A stretch of DNA of 64,000 nucleotides. It comes from Tubiluchus corallicola. Taxonomy: Eukaryota; Animalia; Priapulida. The DNA is taken from NCBI GenBank assembly GCA_030141605.1, contig JAQGDQ010000995.1, positions 1-64,000 on the forward strand, read 5' to 3'. How positions within the stretch are numbered: the first letter of the stretch is position 1; the number at the start of each line of letters is the position of its first letter. A model generated the notes under the pieces. The model was not told where the DNA came from. It made no database searches and saw only the letters and a list, made by a program, of their open reading frames with translations. Of this stretch, positions 11,819-26,670 are shown one piece after another. The translations under genes and the position numbers were made by a program.

Positions 11819-14800
11819 ACAACTTCCTGGGCTGTTGTTCTAGCTTGAGTGGTTTCAGCTACAAAAACACAATCTGGCTGTCGCCGGACAAAACAACAGC
11901 TGCAGAATGTATCAGAATATGTCGAGAAAGGTATAGCATAATTATAGCAAGAACATTTACGACAGCTAAGTTTCAGCATAACTGATTTTGTGACCGGTAA
12001 GTACCATAGGCATGTTGGTGAGCGGTAATAAAATCGCAGTTTTGGCTAGGAAGAAAGTCGGGTAACCAAACAAGAATATTCAAGTTAGTAACAATTTATT
12101 TAAGAACTGTGAGAAATTGTAAATCAGTTATGGTCTGGCCTTGTATGATTTGTACTACTTACAATACATATTTATATATGACGGCATTACATGTATGTGA
12201 ACGAAATCACATTTTGTTCGATATCTTAGGGTTAGGCTTACTGGCTGGGGTTAGGATTAGAGTTAGGGACATGTTTATTTCAGTGATCTTTATCTGTGAC
12301 TTTTTAACTGCTACTTTTTCCTGTAATTTTTTTTTTGTTTTTTGTTTATCTCAAGACGCAAGAGTCTCATGCGGACGGAAATTTTCTGAATCCTTGTGGG
12401 TCAGTGAAGTTACCTGTATGAGACTGAATGGTCTACAATGTTTCCCCTTTTATGATGTGTTTCTGATCCATATTAAATATTATTAAAATCTGGAACAAAA
12501 TTACTGCCCGTTTTGAGAAGCTTTAACTGAAAAAGGAAGGTGAATTCACTCTCAGTCACGTCTTTGTGGCTCACTAGTACAAGGAATGCTTTGAAAACGG
12601 ACTACTTTTTTATAAATTTTTTGCTGCTATGCTTGTAGTATAGCAAACCCAGAATAACAGTAGATGAAATACAATGAGAGCCCGACATGGCCATCTGCAC
12701 CTTGTTGGATTGATATTAACCTAGTATGGTGCTATAAATGTGAAGGTGCCTACTGATCATTTATATTCAATTAGTTTAAATGAAAAGAAATGCGAATTTT
12801 AAAGTGTATTCCAAAAAAACTTTTCATACAAAGGTATGTAGGTTGTTATTAAGCTTACCTGTTTGAATGATTTATGTGGGCCTAATTGGAAGTGAACGTT
12901 CTTAATAATTTGAAATATTCTCTGCAGCTGATAAAAGGTCTCTGTGTTACTATCCCAGTGTGCACTATTGGTTGTGTCACGCTATTTATTTTTTTTACAA
13001 TACAAGATAATTTATACAAATGCTTAGGCTATTTTTTCAAACTTTAAAACTTTTATTATAAACTTGTTTTCAATGACTTGCTGTTACCGGAATTTAAACT
13101 TACAAGTTTCACTTCTAAACGCAAGAGTATGTAATAAGACAGCATGTGTGTTTCAAAATTTCAAGACGATTTTTCAAGCTCAATTTGCCAAGAGAGCTTT
13201 CTTGTTTCAAACCGGGGAAAGCTTGCTTGGAAAACCGGCTAATAATTTTAGCTCTTCTAAAGAACTGGTTAAACTTTGGCAGCTGTGCCAGTGTTGTCAA
13301 AGATTGACACGTTTCAGTTAAAGAGAACATTTCTAAACAAAGACCTATTGTCTGTATTGACGATTTTGCATGCCACCATGTCTAGCTGTAACGACCAGCT
13401 TAGCATATATCTATGGATATGTAACTAGATTTAGTTGTTACTATCCCCATTTAACTTTGTGGAATGAGATGTGTTTTTTGGCAATGCAAACTACGTAATT
13501 TAATTTGGGCTGTATAAAGTTGTTGTTTGTAGTTGTTCAATGTATAAACCAGGTGTTACACTTTAGTTATGGGCATAGGTCAAAACTAGGGTAAACTCGA
13601 CGAACGGATATGTAAATACAGGTTCTCCTGCTATAGTGTTATTATCACCCCCTCTTTTTGTACAGAGTGATCTTGATTAAAATAATTAATCGAATTAATA
13701 ATGATGATGATTCGCACACCGATTGCTTCAAGGTAACTTATTAAGCCGTTATATCAATTACTCGACTCCGAGGACTTTGCTTCATTCGATAAGGCAATGA
13801 TCTGTCCTACACAACAATGACCTCGAACTTGCGTTGTGAGTCAGATCTTTATCCCTCAAGTTTACAAGCTTAGCTCCCGCAATGAACTGTACACTGCGAA
13901 TCACTTCAGGTTCGAATCAAGGATATAGTGTTGCGATTATGAGTCACCAGTAAAGCATTAAACATTAACAAAACTCAATGGTTAAGTTAACTCAGTGAAT
14001 AGGTTTTATTGTACTTACAGGTTACAAGTTACTCTACTTTGGTATCAATACAGGATTTGACCTTATACGCCGGTGGGTGTTTACAAATAATGTCTAATTC
14101 CAAAGAGATACTATCCACTTAACTGATCTTCTATATCGTTATGATGCACTGAAGGTGCTTAAGTCATACAAATACGTTACGGTTACAAACTGTAATCAGA
14201 TACAAGTTACAAATAAATAAGTAAGTTCACTTAACTGGCGGATTGGCCAATGTACAACTGCTATTGGCCAAATCCCTGTTCCTAAACGAGACTTCGCAGC
14301 ACCAGTGCTCAGACTTTGCTAAGTATGCAGTTGATTCACCACGCTGGGCTAACGATACTTCTGACGTCTTGCAGAATATGCCTCGGACACAACAACAATA
14401 TAGGGGCAACCACTGTCACTCTCTCCTCCTCGTCGTGTCTGTGACTCTCCCTCGTTGTGTGTGGGTCTCTCTCCCTCGTTGTGTGTGTGGCTTGAACTTT
14501 TTCCAAGCTTATAAAGCAAAAGCCTTATTGCGCATTGACCTCGGATGATTGCACCATCTCGGCCAATCTTACCTCCTAGACAGTGGATAATACTTTCGAT
14601 TGCTAACTTTATGATCAATAATTGCTGCTACTGGATTTTGCAGCTTTTGATTTCTTTCTCGGCACGCGACAAACGGTCACTACTGACCTTATTTCTTTTG
14701 TTTTCTAATTGGCAAACGGCATCCCTTTGAATTCTGCACCTGTCAGTTTCACTACATTGCGACAATTCCGCTTATTAAATCTAAATCTTGATCTTAACTT

Positions 14801-17800
14801 GCGACTTCTCGGTTTGTCGGTTTCGCTTCTCTAACTCATTAAATTCAAGCTACAAGCTGGGTGAGTCCCTTATAATCAAATTATATGAATTTCCATATCA
14901 AAATCAGGGAGGAGCGAGTTTATCATCTTAATCTGATTCATCTGATAAACCCAATTAATATACACTGAAATTCATATTCCAAAATTTATTCATAACATTA
15001 TTGAAGCCAGACTATTAGACAACCGGCTTTAGAGGTTTTTCACACAGATGTGTGGAGAACGACTTGGCTCATGGCAAGAGAGACTTGCAGGCAGATATAA
15101 TGCTGGACAGTTTTTTTTAACACATGTTTTGCCTCTTTGCTCATAAATCGTGCAACTTTAGCTGGCTCTATCTAACACTAATGTCTAGTGAAAGTTCCAG
15201 CTACGTGTTAGTGACTATTTGGGCAGTTCTAGTATTAAGCCCAGTTCACAATTTGTTTACATGGAGTTACATTGTGACATCTGACGTGAAAAACCAAACT
15301 ACCGGTCTACCAACGCAGGACGCTTCCGGGAATGACTCCCATCTGCTTATGACTTCGCAGTTCAGCTACGCTCTAAACACCCGGGTGTTGCACACCGATG
15401 TTGTGGATCCGCCACCTTTGTTGTCGTGCTACCGCCGATAAGTATTGCTGACGTATACTTTCATTGATGCTGAGACTGTAAGTGATAAATTCTCGTTTCT
15501 TTTGTTTAACTACTAGGCCACCGCCTGTTGCTTCCTTTTGTACAACGATACTGACTTCGACTGGCAGTGCCTGGTAAAACAAAGACACAGTTGAAAGTGA
15601 TACATTACAACCTCGTGTGGATGGAGCTTTACTTTATCGACTTACTATTAACAAACGGTGGTGAACTATTAGATTATTTTTTTTAGCCAAAGGTAATTTT
15701 TGGGTATTGTTTGTAGCATCTGAAAGTATTTCCAGCCTGTAAATTTTGAGTTGTGTAGCAACACATGTTTATTGAACTGGTACCTGGGTACAAATTAACT
15801 GCTGGCAGTTGGTTTGAACTAATTTTATATTATCAACATTTATGAATATTAAAGTATTATCGTTTCATAAAAACTGCATAAAATTAGTTTCACGTTTTGT
15901 GTTCAAGTAATATGCTGAGTAAAAACTGAGTAGTATGACACACACTACCAAACAGTAAGAGCGCTGATTGCTCATACTTGATTGTGAGATCCGCCCCACA
16001 TTACACTAGCAGCAATGTGGTATTTAGCTTTGAACATAATGGTAAATAATGTTTTAACCAGCTATAACACCGGTAAATATTTTAGGCCAAGGGGCTTCCC
16101 ATAATTTGTAAAGTAGTGTTTTTAATGAGAGAATTATTATCACGTTGAGTAATGCAACATGATTATGCAAAAACTACTTCAACAAGTTCCAGAAACATTG
16201 CGATAGTTGGGGCAAAGAACAGGGCTTTTAGTTTTGGTGTATTTTCGGGATGTCTGCGTTAAACGGAAAGGAAGGTTGGTAAGAATCCAAATTGATCATT
16301 TTTCGCCCATTTTCCACAAAACACCTAACATCGTATGAAATAAATTCCGACTTTGAGGGAGGTCTGTGTCTTTTTGGAAAGAGAAGGAATTGGGCCGCAA
16401 GTTCTTTTTTAATCAGCTCCAGCAGGCTGAATAGTTACTACGAGTTGTTACTATCTGATTGTATTTCGGGGGAATGTACTGTATTCAAAAACACATAGGG
16501 ACAATTACTGGTAATCTAAGTCTGTACAATTCAGCATAATGTTTAGTAAAGAATACTCTACAAGCATTGGCACTGATCTGCACTCTCCTGGTGCCCTTTA
16601 TGTTGATCAAGTTTATAATGTTTATTGAACCTTTCTTTTAGCTCTACATTCCTCTTTTGTATTTCTTTGTTTTATATAATTCAGAGTAACTGTTGTGTTA
16701 TGGAATTGTTTATTTTTCACGAAAAGTTTAAACCACCAGAATTGCAGCCATTCAGGCTTACGTACTGAAATAATTTGCGCACACATTTTATGATTCAGCA
16801 TTTTTTTACAGAGGCGATACTTACATTGCGGTTAGTGAATTGGACCACAGATGTCTTTGTGCAGAAGAGGACAACCTCGCTTCCACAAATTGCAGTCTAG
16901 ATGCATGTAACCACGATTACAAAGCTGTGCTGTATAAGTTACTAACGTCTGGAGTTAGAGTAAATGGTAGGTGAACTAAACAATAATATCACTTGTAAAT
17001 GATTTTAGGGATTTCCTACAGCAATTGTTTTAGCAGAAGAGAAAATCTATGAACTTTCCAATGTCCTCGCAATGCAATGCGCTCCAAACAACGTCAATGG
17101 CATCTCAAGGTAAGAGGCTAAATTTAAATGATGAAAATATGAATATTATCCAAACACAATTCATTTATGGATGCCGAAGAGCAAGTATGGCAAACAAATT
17201 CTTGGCATTTAGTGACGAGAGGTCCTGAGATCCTTTATAGAAATAGCAGAAAAGCCTTTGTGCGTGACGGAGTGCAGACTTACTTGAAAATTGAACTCAT
17301 TCTGAAAAACGATGTACTTTTGCGATTTGTCAAGCAAGTTAAAGTAATAACATAAGTCATCATCTGCTTTATTCTGTACAAGGTCGAACAGTCAATCTGC
17401 AAAGACAGAATTACTACAGTTGTTGTATAATTGCGAGGGCGATAAGGGGTAAATGACGCCACTAACATAGCCTTTAGATAGTTGGAGGTTTTGTCAAAAG
17501 CAGACCGGAGGCGGAGAGGGGGAATTGTTGAGACATCAGTGCAATGGCTGAAATATTAAGTGCCGTTTTGCACAATAGTAGCTCATTGATGTGATCGATT
17601 TTGCTTGAGCAATAATTTATTGGTGCATTAGTAATCGTTCAGAAAAAAATGCGAAGTTAATAAAAAGCAGTAAAATTTCTAACGGCAGCATTCAAATATT
17701 CAGTAAACTAGTAGTAGTTACAGTAAACTGTTTCGTCGAACAATGTTTCAGATACACGATGTGGGAAAGTAAGAATAGATCCTCAAGGAACACATCCTAT

Positions 17801-19897
17801 AACTGGATTAGTGAGCTTTCCCGGTTCTGGAAATACCTGGATTCGCTATCTTATTGAGCTCTCTACTGGAGTACATACCGGAAGTGTATATCAGGACAAA
17901 TCTCTTTTTGACGGAGGTAAAAAAGAAACTTATGGTGGTAATTATGAGTTTTAACAACAATCAGTTCAGCTGGCCAGCTATCCCTGAAATTACTTATACT
18001 GTTTGAGTGTTTCGCTGGCTACTTGGCTGCTTGGCTGCTTGGTTGTCTGGTTAACTCTCTGAGGCAGGGCCTATTTCAGGGGGGGGGGGAAGTGGGGATA
18101 CTTCCCCAGCCCTCACCCTCCAGGGGGCCTCGCGCCGTGGTAATTTTTTGCTTTATGCGAATATTCAATTGTTTCTTCCTTTAACAACAGCATAACTCCA
18201 TATTTTCTCTTCGAAAATGCATTCTAGCAGTTCAAAAATTTTCACACCTCACACGCCCCACTGAGAGCCTAACTGACTGACTGAGGGTGATTAAGTAAGT
18301 GCATGTTTGGCAGATGGGCACACACTCAGTAGTTTTGTTATCTCTTTATCTGATTGGCTTATTGGAAGATTGGGAGCTATCCTATTGCTAGATCGATTGC
18401 TACTAGATTGATTGCTTGACCAATTTTTTACCAATTGGCTAACTTACGTATTGACCAACTGTCGACCAATAGACTCAGCACTTTATAGTTAATCTTAACT
18501 CTCATTTCAGGGTTCTTGGGAGAATTTTGCGCTCCTAAAAGCGGCCAGACCATCGCAGTAAAATCTCATAGATATGAAAAGAGATCTATAGAAATATACA
18601 ATTCCACGATACTCCTCATCAGGAATCCTTTTAAAGCCACCATTGCCGACTGGAAGCGCCTCAGAACTAAAAGTCACACAGCCGATCTTTCACCCGAAGA
18701 GTTTAAAAATGGCGGTAAGCATAAATTTTTTTTAGAAATGAGAAGTTATTACACCACACTAATACATAAACAAAAGGAGTAAATATCAATAAATACAGTT
18801 CCACTTATTCACCAGACACACATACCAATAGGTGCTGCAAGCATTTCAATTCAAAGCAGTTCTTCATTTCAAAGCACTACTGTTTTTTACATTTGGCGCA
18901 GAGTAAACTATGACTAAAAACAAACAAAGGTAAAAATGTCCATCGTTACGTTTCACAGTCTGTGGTTTGTCACAAGCTCGAAAAGTTCATAAAATAACAA
19001 TATAAATCTGGCAATGAATTTGGGCTGCAAGTTAATGACATCTAACGGAAGTACAGATATGATTAGCAAAATACAAATTTCACAGAATTAAGCAAGTGAT
19101 TAATGGTAGCCTGTTTTAAATGAGTTAAGCTTTAACTAAGACCTCTATAATAAGAATGAACACCTTAGCCGAAGACGCAAACCCTCTGAAAGCATTTTTA
19201 ACTGCAAAAGCGAAAAAATATAAACACGATTCCATTCACTAATTTGTTCTTACCAGGAGTACACAAACTTGTTGGACATCTTTGATACCAACCATTTTAA
19301 ATTAATTGGCAAAAATTAGCTGTTTTACCGCTACAAATTAGCTACTGCAAGTTATTGGCTAATTCACTCTGAAATGGTTTAGAATGTATGGTCCTCTAAA
19401 GTCCAAATTAATAGAGGTATAAAAATTGATGTTAAATATAAAATTTAACTATGACAAACTATGATCATGTTTTATTTCCAGAATGGGATGTATATGCAGC
19501 CCGGATGTTAAAACGATGGTATTTGACCTATTCTGTTTATTTGAATGTCAACAAACCTATAATGGTTGTGTATTTTGAAGACTTGATTGCAGATACACGG
19601 AGAGAAATGAAGAGAGTTTTAAACTTTCTCAAATTAAACATGAATGAACTTGGTGAAAGGCTCGATTGCACAATTGAGCATAAAGAAGGTATCTTCAAAA
19701 GAAAGTCACAAAACAGCAGCAGTACTAAACGTTTTGATCCATTTACTGAAACCATGTGCAAACAAGGGCTCGAATACATAGAAAAAATATCTAGTCTATT
19801 GAAAAAGCACAAACTGCATTATCTTCCAGACTCGTACACAACAAACCCTGGTGTATGCATTAATCGAACCAGCACTAGGGGAAACGGAGAAGGCTAG
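11819..19897 (+). CDS. WSCD-family sulfotransferase (WSC domain + PAPS-dependent sulfotransferase), multi-exon; first exon not defined
   Basis: Phase-consistent GT-AG exons: 11819-11930 ([16 protein letters not shown]), 16812-16959/16966 (GDTYIAV..CLC..C..C..VLY), optional 17034-17109, 17752-17916 ([22 protein letters not shown], 5'-PSB loop), 18511-18714 ([13 protein letters not shown], 3'-PB), 19482-19897 (VVYFEDL..RLDC..EGIFKR..DPFT, TAG). Confidence 0.88.
13600..14700 (-). mobile_element. 3' end of a Gypsy-like element in a WSCD intron (chromodomain-like remnant, long 3' UTR, PPT)
   Basis: Minus-strand AAAAAGAGGGGG (13648-13659) followed by TG; [15 protein letters not shown] near 14590-14635 resembles a chromodomain start; 13670-14110 is similar to 40370-40800. 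Confidence 0.5.
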
Positions 19898-21189
19898 CTT
19901 GTGAATCTGGAAGGGAAAAAATAAAAAAAACAGACAGACGTTGGGCTAGTCGAGAACCAGCAAAATAGGCTGTCTGGAAGATTTCTCTGTACTTGCCCTT
20001 TAATATAAGGTTGTACTTATTTAGAATTGGCTGCAAAACTTGGCTTCGATATTTGCATTTCGTAGGCCAGCCAATCATAATTGAGTACGTTATTTAGTCT
20101 AGTCTTTGGAAGCAAAGAAAAAAGTTAGAGTCAGAGTTAATAATGCCCAAAAAACAGTAAAAGCTAACAAGCGAAATGAATGCCTCTAAAATCAGGTACA
20201 TTTCGCCCAGGAAAAGTACAACATTTCCCTGTGAATAATTCCAGTTTTCCCTCTACCTTTTTAGCTTTGAATTCTTTACCCAGAGAATTGTGTTCGTGAA
20301 TAATTGAATCTTGTCTTTTTCAATAAATAACATCAGCAAAATAGATACCCTTAACAAAGTAATTGTTGGCACTGTATTTTTCTGCACTTACACACACTTA
20401 CATACTTTGGACTTTCCACTGTAACAAAATGATGAAAATGTACATTAATGCAGTTGGGGTAACACAGAAGCCTCGGCTGAAGTTATAAATCATGGGTACA
20501 TTACACTTTCTATATATGTATATAAACTTAAGCTGTGACCTAGGCCAAAGCAATACACTTCTTGCTCATTTTTTACATTGTTCAAGGCAGTACATTAATA
20601 TTTTGCAGAAGTGCAAGTAGGAGTTGTTTTGCAAATATGTAAATTTGTAGCCAGCATGGGCCACAAGCTCCTCACATTTTTCTCAGTAATTAGTATTTGA
20701 GTCTTAGTTGATTTGACCTTAACACGATTCGTCATGTTAGCAGTAAAAAACAAATATGAGATAAAATAATATAAAGAAAAGAAAAACAAGAGAAGACATA
20801 TTCAAAACATCTATTTTTAAGCAACACTGCAAATCAGAACTGTGACTAAGCCCCTCGGTACACACCATAGAAAGCCCATACACTTTGAGGGCCCAAGTTT
20901 CCTAGAAAGATGTAATGTCTTCAGATATGTTTGGGCTAGGCTGGTTCGGTTCATTTTAGTTGCCAGCCAAATAAGTCTGATCAATTTAATCAATAAATCA
21001 ATAGACCAACAAATCAATAAAACTGGTCAAAACTACTTTGAGTATATGGAAATCCCAATGACATCAAAACAGTAAATTTAAAAACAACATAAAATCTTAT
21101 TTAATTGAATCTGCAAATGACAATTATGCTTGGTAATGTTCTTGTACTGTTATATTTTAATAATGCTGTATTCATAACAAACAGCATGG

Positions 21190-21227
21190 GGAAAACGTTC
21201 TAGCAGCGCCTGGTGAGAATATATTCT

Positions 21228-21274
<47 letters not shown>

Positions 21275-21599
21275 TCTTTATATAGGAGATATATAGCTCT
21301 TTAGAAAGCGAAAGAACAGGACTACACGATGATGTGGTCTAAATTTTAGGACACGTCCACCAAAAGGAGTTAATTAGATGTTCTATTTTTGGCAATTTGT
21401 GCTTAGAAAACTGCTGACGCAAAGCCATTGTTGTGACGTCATCCATTAAACTCTGTCTATAATCTTATAACTTTAATTCAGAAAAAGCTGCTGCTAGAGG
21501 CTTTGTGTTAGATAAACAGACAAACACTAGGTAGAATGTTCGCGCATTTTTGATAATAAGTGTATTTATAAGCAAAATTTTTTGCCGGGCCTTTGCTAG
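21190..21599 (+). mobile_element. Non-autonomous Helitron, 3' part
   Basis: Subterminal hairpin GCAAAA-TT-TTTTGC then CTAG (21596-21599); homologous to 60420-60859; contains (TA)n at 21231-21272. Confidence 0.7.
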
Positions 21600-22222
21600 T
21601 CTATATATTAATTCTACTGGTATATATACAAGATTCGAGGCTACAGCTACGACGACGGCTCCATTAGAGGAAATCTATACATCAAACGAAAGGTCTCGAC
21701 TTAGTGTCGTGCCATTGGGGGTTTATTTTTCGAATCGGGCCCACCGGGACGAATGGCGGGCGATAAACCTCCAAAAAGTGGCCATTTTTCGGCCATTTTT
21801 TGCAAAATTATACGTCTGAGATCTGAAGGACGGGAATGGGCCATGGGTGGTCCTGCCTATGGATAGATAGCCCGTTCAGCGGTGGGTGTAGTAGGAATAT
21901 TTAGAATTTGCGAGAGGGCCACGGCGCCCCACAACGGGCGCTTTCCCGGACACAACTCGCGATTTTTTTGAAATTTTGACCAAACAGCCTGCGGAAAAAA
22001 TGTTCTAGTGGCTCCTGGTGGAATTCTTAGAAGGAGATATATAGCTCTTTAGAAAGAGCGAGAACAGGGCTACACGATTGCATGAGCTATATTTTAGGAC
22101 ACGTCCACCAAAAGGATTATCGACGAGTTAATTAGATGTTCTATTTTTGGCAATTTTCGCTTGGAAAACTGCTGACGCAAAGCCATTGTTCTGACGTCAT
22201 CCATTACACTCTGTCCGTAACC
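21600..22222 (+). mobile_element. Second head-to-tail Helitron copy, 3'-truncated at the Gypsy boundary
   Basis: Starts TCTATATATTAAT directly after CTAG; colinear with 60017-60640 (AGATTCGAGGCTACAGC, AACGAAAGGTCTC, CGAATCGGGCCCACCGGGA). Confidence 0.72.
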
Positions 22223-22225
22223 TCA

Positions 22226-25200
22226 TTACTTTAATTCAGTAAAAGCTGCTTCTGCTTGCTTCGTGTTATAAACGAGGACTGTGTAGGATGTTCGGCGCTG
22301 GGAACGATTTAATGTTTCCGACATATAAGTGATAACACGTTGACGTCCGTGAGAGTAAGTTTGAAAAAGTACCACTCCGATGCCGTAATCTGAAGAATCA
22401 GTATGTAGGATGTAGCGTTTATTAGTTCCAGGGTATTTTGAAACTGGACTTTCTGTCAAAGCAGTCTTAAATTTATAAAAGGCCTCCTGTTGTGGGCTGT
22501 TTCATTGAAATGAATTTTCTTTTCTTAGCACCATAAGTGAAAGTTTGGCTATAATTGCAAAATTTTTAACAAATTTACGGTAATAGGTAGCTAATGCTAA
22601 AAATGTTCTTAATTTCTTCATATCAGTGGGAGGAAGAATGTCTTTAATTGCCGAAATTTTATCAGGATCAGTAGCAATTCCTTGCTGAGACAAAACGTGA
22701 AATAATTATTTAATAGAAGTTTGCAGGAAAAAACACTTTTTCGGTCTACATTTTAAATTTGCTTTACGGAGTCGCAAAAATAAATCTTCTAAATCCGAAA
22801 AGTGACTTTCAGTATCAGGACTACAGCATACAATATCATCTAAATATGCAATTAAACGTCTTCTGCCTGTAGGAGTTATTAGATCGCGAGAAAGACGATC
22901 TACAAGTCGAGAAAATGTAGCTGGTGCATTTTTCAAACTGAAAGGCATTTTCGTAAATTTATATAAACCGTATGGGCTTACAAAACTAGTGAATGGTTGA
23001 CTCTGTGATTCGACTGGCATTAGTCATATCTAAAGAGGAAAATATACTTGCTCCCTTCAATTCTAGTTTCAATATTAGGCTGTGGATACGGGTCTGGTAT
23101 AGCTCTTGAGTTTATTTGTCTTAAATCAACACATAAACGTTTGCCGCCATCTTTCTTTGGGACTAATAGAATTGGAGAAGCATAAGGGCAATTTTCAGCG
23201 GGAACAATTACATTGGCTTTCAACATAGTGTCTATAGCCTGTTAAACTACTGATTCTAAATTTGGCTTCGCATGATAAGGTGTGTAATCTGTCATTCTTA
23301 TTTTAAATTGAATTTCTGTGGTTCCTGGAGCGTCAATAGGGTCTTCCGCAAAACAATCTACATATCTGAGAAGTATTCGAGTGAGTCTTTCTTTAACTAC
23401 AATATCTGAAATATTGTCCAATTTTAATTCCTTTAAACACTTTCCGTGGCATAATATTAACAGATTGTTGGCGAATGCGTTTTTGTAACAGGTTCCACCT
23501 GCAGCATTTTGTAGTGACTTTTACTGTGTCATTTTCGTCAAGAATGTGAAATATATTGGGAGCGTTATGTAATATAACTTCTGCTTTGTATGGCGTCTTT
23601 TGTAACCTGCAGTCTTGGGGTAGTTTATATTTCGTCGCATGGTCCAGTGTTTCAACATGAAGTCTGAGAGTATAGGTAGGAGATGAATCTTGCTTCTATG
23701 TTAAACCTAAAGTAGAAGAACATTTGATTCTGCACTTGGGAAGCTAACTGTTGAACCAAATTCATAACCTCGGTGCATTTAGCAATATTAGAAACATGAT
23801 ACATGAGCGTTGGATCTTGTTCAAAAGCAAAACTGAGTACATCATTACGAGATATAATTACATCATCATTACCGCTATTACACAAAGGCACATAAACTTA
23901 TTTTTTGTGAGTTTTTACAATGCTGGGTAATATGTCACAAGCAGTTTCCTTAAAAATAGGTAATACACTTGATTTAACGAGTTCTAAAGTATGTACACCT
24001 GTTTCCTTATCCTTATGAATTTTTCCCGTAACATAGGCCGTACCAAATGTGCAAGATTTTGTTGGAATAATTATTTTAGCGGCTGCTTTTACCAAAAAGG
24101 TTTGTCCGTCTCTGGCTGGAGAGATTAATTGAAGTACCTCTTGATTTATAACTAAAATACCTTTGGCGATGTCTATAGCTGCTTGAGTATCTTTAAAGAA
24201 ATTCTAACCTAAAATTACAGGTTTTGAAAGTTGTTCAACCACATAGAATAAAACATCGAGCTTCTGCTTTCCTATTGTGACAGTTAAAACACATTTACCT
24301 AATAATTTTAAAGTGCTCTTAGAAGCCGTATTAAGTAAAAAATTATCTTCAGGAGGGGCGAGATTCTTTTGTATCTCTACAGGAAGTTTATTAAAAGTTG
24401 TGCTATCTAAAACGCTAACTTCTGCACCTGTGTCTAATATTGCTGAACAAGAAAAATTATGAATCTTAATATTACAACATGGAGCTATAATCTCTGTACA
24501 AGCAAAAGAAATATATTTTTCTTGAGGGGAAACTTTACAAAAATTAGAATCGACTTGATTAACTGGAAAAATGTTTACACGTTGGGAATAATTCGGTCTG
24601 TAATTATGCGACTGTGACGTCAGTCTGGAATATCAGAACTACCGAGCAGCATTGCAACCCCTTCGAATATAGTAGAACTGTATTCTAGTATAATCTTGTG
24701 TATGTCCCATACTTAGGTTGCATTAATAGCTTAATTTAGCTAATTGCTTATGTTAATTGAATGAGTCATTAGTCAATTACTCATTAAGCGAATATGGCTT
24801 CCGACGAACATTTATTAACAATCGAAGTCAAGACTTAATTACTGTGGCGACACAAACTTATTAAAGGGCACTGACACACCACCGAGCCGTGAGGCGAAAA
24901 CACCAATAAACTGGCTATTATTTGTTATTTGCTGTAAACGGAAATTCAGGAGATCTGGTGCAGAAACAACCAGGCGATGACCAGACGTTGTATCAATGGT
25001 AGTTCCACGAGCTGCACGGGTCAGGACTCCACTGCACTCTGCTAGGATTGGAGAAGTAACCACTTACGACTTCGGTACACCTGACAAGCATTGTAGAAGT
25101 GGCCACGTAAAATTCCACCCCACCCCCTGCTCCAGCTTTGGAACAGTAACTGCTCTAGATTCCACGAAGTTCGCATAAGTCTTCTGTTTATCGTAGGTTG

Positions 25201-26670
25201 TCTGGAAAAGTTGTTTGTAATTATAACAACTTTGTTGTTGTTTTGGATTAAAGTGAATTGTTTTTTTTAGTTCTTATTATTTCATTAAACCAAGGATTTA
25301 TCGGTAATATTAAAAACTGTTTTGTTTTCAGAAATTAGTAGCAAAAAGTGTTTGTGGTGTCGTAACGAAAGCGTCCTATATCACAGGTGATACACCACAT
25401 ATCACAGCGACCATTCTGACGACCGCTAATTTTCACGAATGGCCGCCTTTAGTTTGCCGGTCTAGAATTAATGCATCGTCTATTAAAATTGTCAGGTTGT
25501 GTCGCATTATTGTGGTATTTGTCCGAGGCGTCCATGTACGAGATTGTGTTGGGTGCGCAGAGTAAAATTATTATGTCTATTTGAGGCTCGCGGTTGAAAA
25601 AATAAAATCTTAGTTCATTCGATTATTACATGAAGATAAATTTCCGTTATTAAAGTTATTGAAATGGAGGGTTGGGTCGGTTAGACAAACGATTATCATT
25701 AAAATGACTCATATTCGTGCCGAATTTTCGTGCATTATTATTAAAAACTGATGGGACGAATTGCCGAATTTGTCTTGGTTGTGAGTTAGACTGGGTCAAT
25801 GAAGCCACTGTCTTGTTCAAAGTCTGAACTAAGCTCTGTACATTACTTAAAAAGTGACCTTGTTGTGACAATGAATCTGCAAATAGTCGTAACGTATTTG
25901 GAGTTATATCTTGTGGGTTTTCTTGCAATTCTTGCGAAGTTAAATCAAATTCCATAGGCTGAGAGTTATCTGGGAAACAGGATCGAAGATATTGACACAT
26001 TTCAACAGGAGCTCCCCTATGTGCTGCTTCAGTTATTGCTAAAGTTAAAGTTATGGGGAGGCTCTCTGAGTAAATATTGTCTGACTTGATCTCAGCGTAT
26101 ACCCAATGTAAATAATTGAACTAAAATGACTGAAATGCCGGTTGTATAATTTCATCTTCCGATTTAGCAATACGCGCTAATGTCATTATCCGATCTCTGC
26201 TGTCTGGCTCGAGTTAATCCTATAAAAGCTTTATTAATCATTAATCTATCTGCATAAAGATCTCTTTAAGCATTTTTCAATTCTTGCGCCGTTCTAGTTT
26301 CAAGATTTGGATATTTAATAAGAAAGTGAGCAGCTGCGCCTGTAACAGTTCCCAATAATAAATGTTTGTAGGCGTGACCCGTGAAGGTAGTAAAGTCGGG
26401 GTTAAATTTAAAGATTGTTCAATATTATCAATACAATCTCGATATTTCAAAGTGCCGGGTTCGCCTGAAAATTTTGGTAAATGTTGGATTTGTTGAGTTA
26501 GTGTTTGTTGCACCTGTGAGTCTAGATCACGTAAAAATTGTGTCTGTTCATTAGCTCATCTTAAATCACCTATTCTCTCTCCCTGTTGTAAATTTTGAGA
26601 AGCGTGGCAAGAAGCAAATGTTCGGGCTGCGGTGATTGTGGCGGGTGTGCCGATTTAGTAGCCATGACAA
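22226..26670 (-). mobile_element. Decayed Ty3/Gypsy retrotransposon (gag, protease, RT, RNase H)
   Basis: gag LPKFSGEPG (26277-26513); protease ILDTGAEVSV (~24410-24440); RT YASPILLVPKKDG..RLCVDLR, MPFSLKNAPATF, IAYLDDIV; connection GIATDPDKI..YYRKFVKNFA; RNase H LHTDSSDYGIGVVL. Many frameshifts; no integrase seen. Confidence 0.93.

Noticed and set aside
13905-13925. GGTTCGAATC B-box suggesting a tRNA
   Set aside because: No cloverleaf or A-box; it lies within the LTR-element 3' region.
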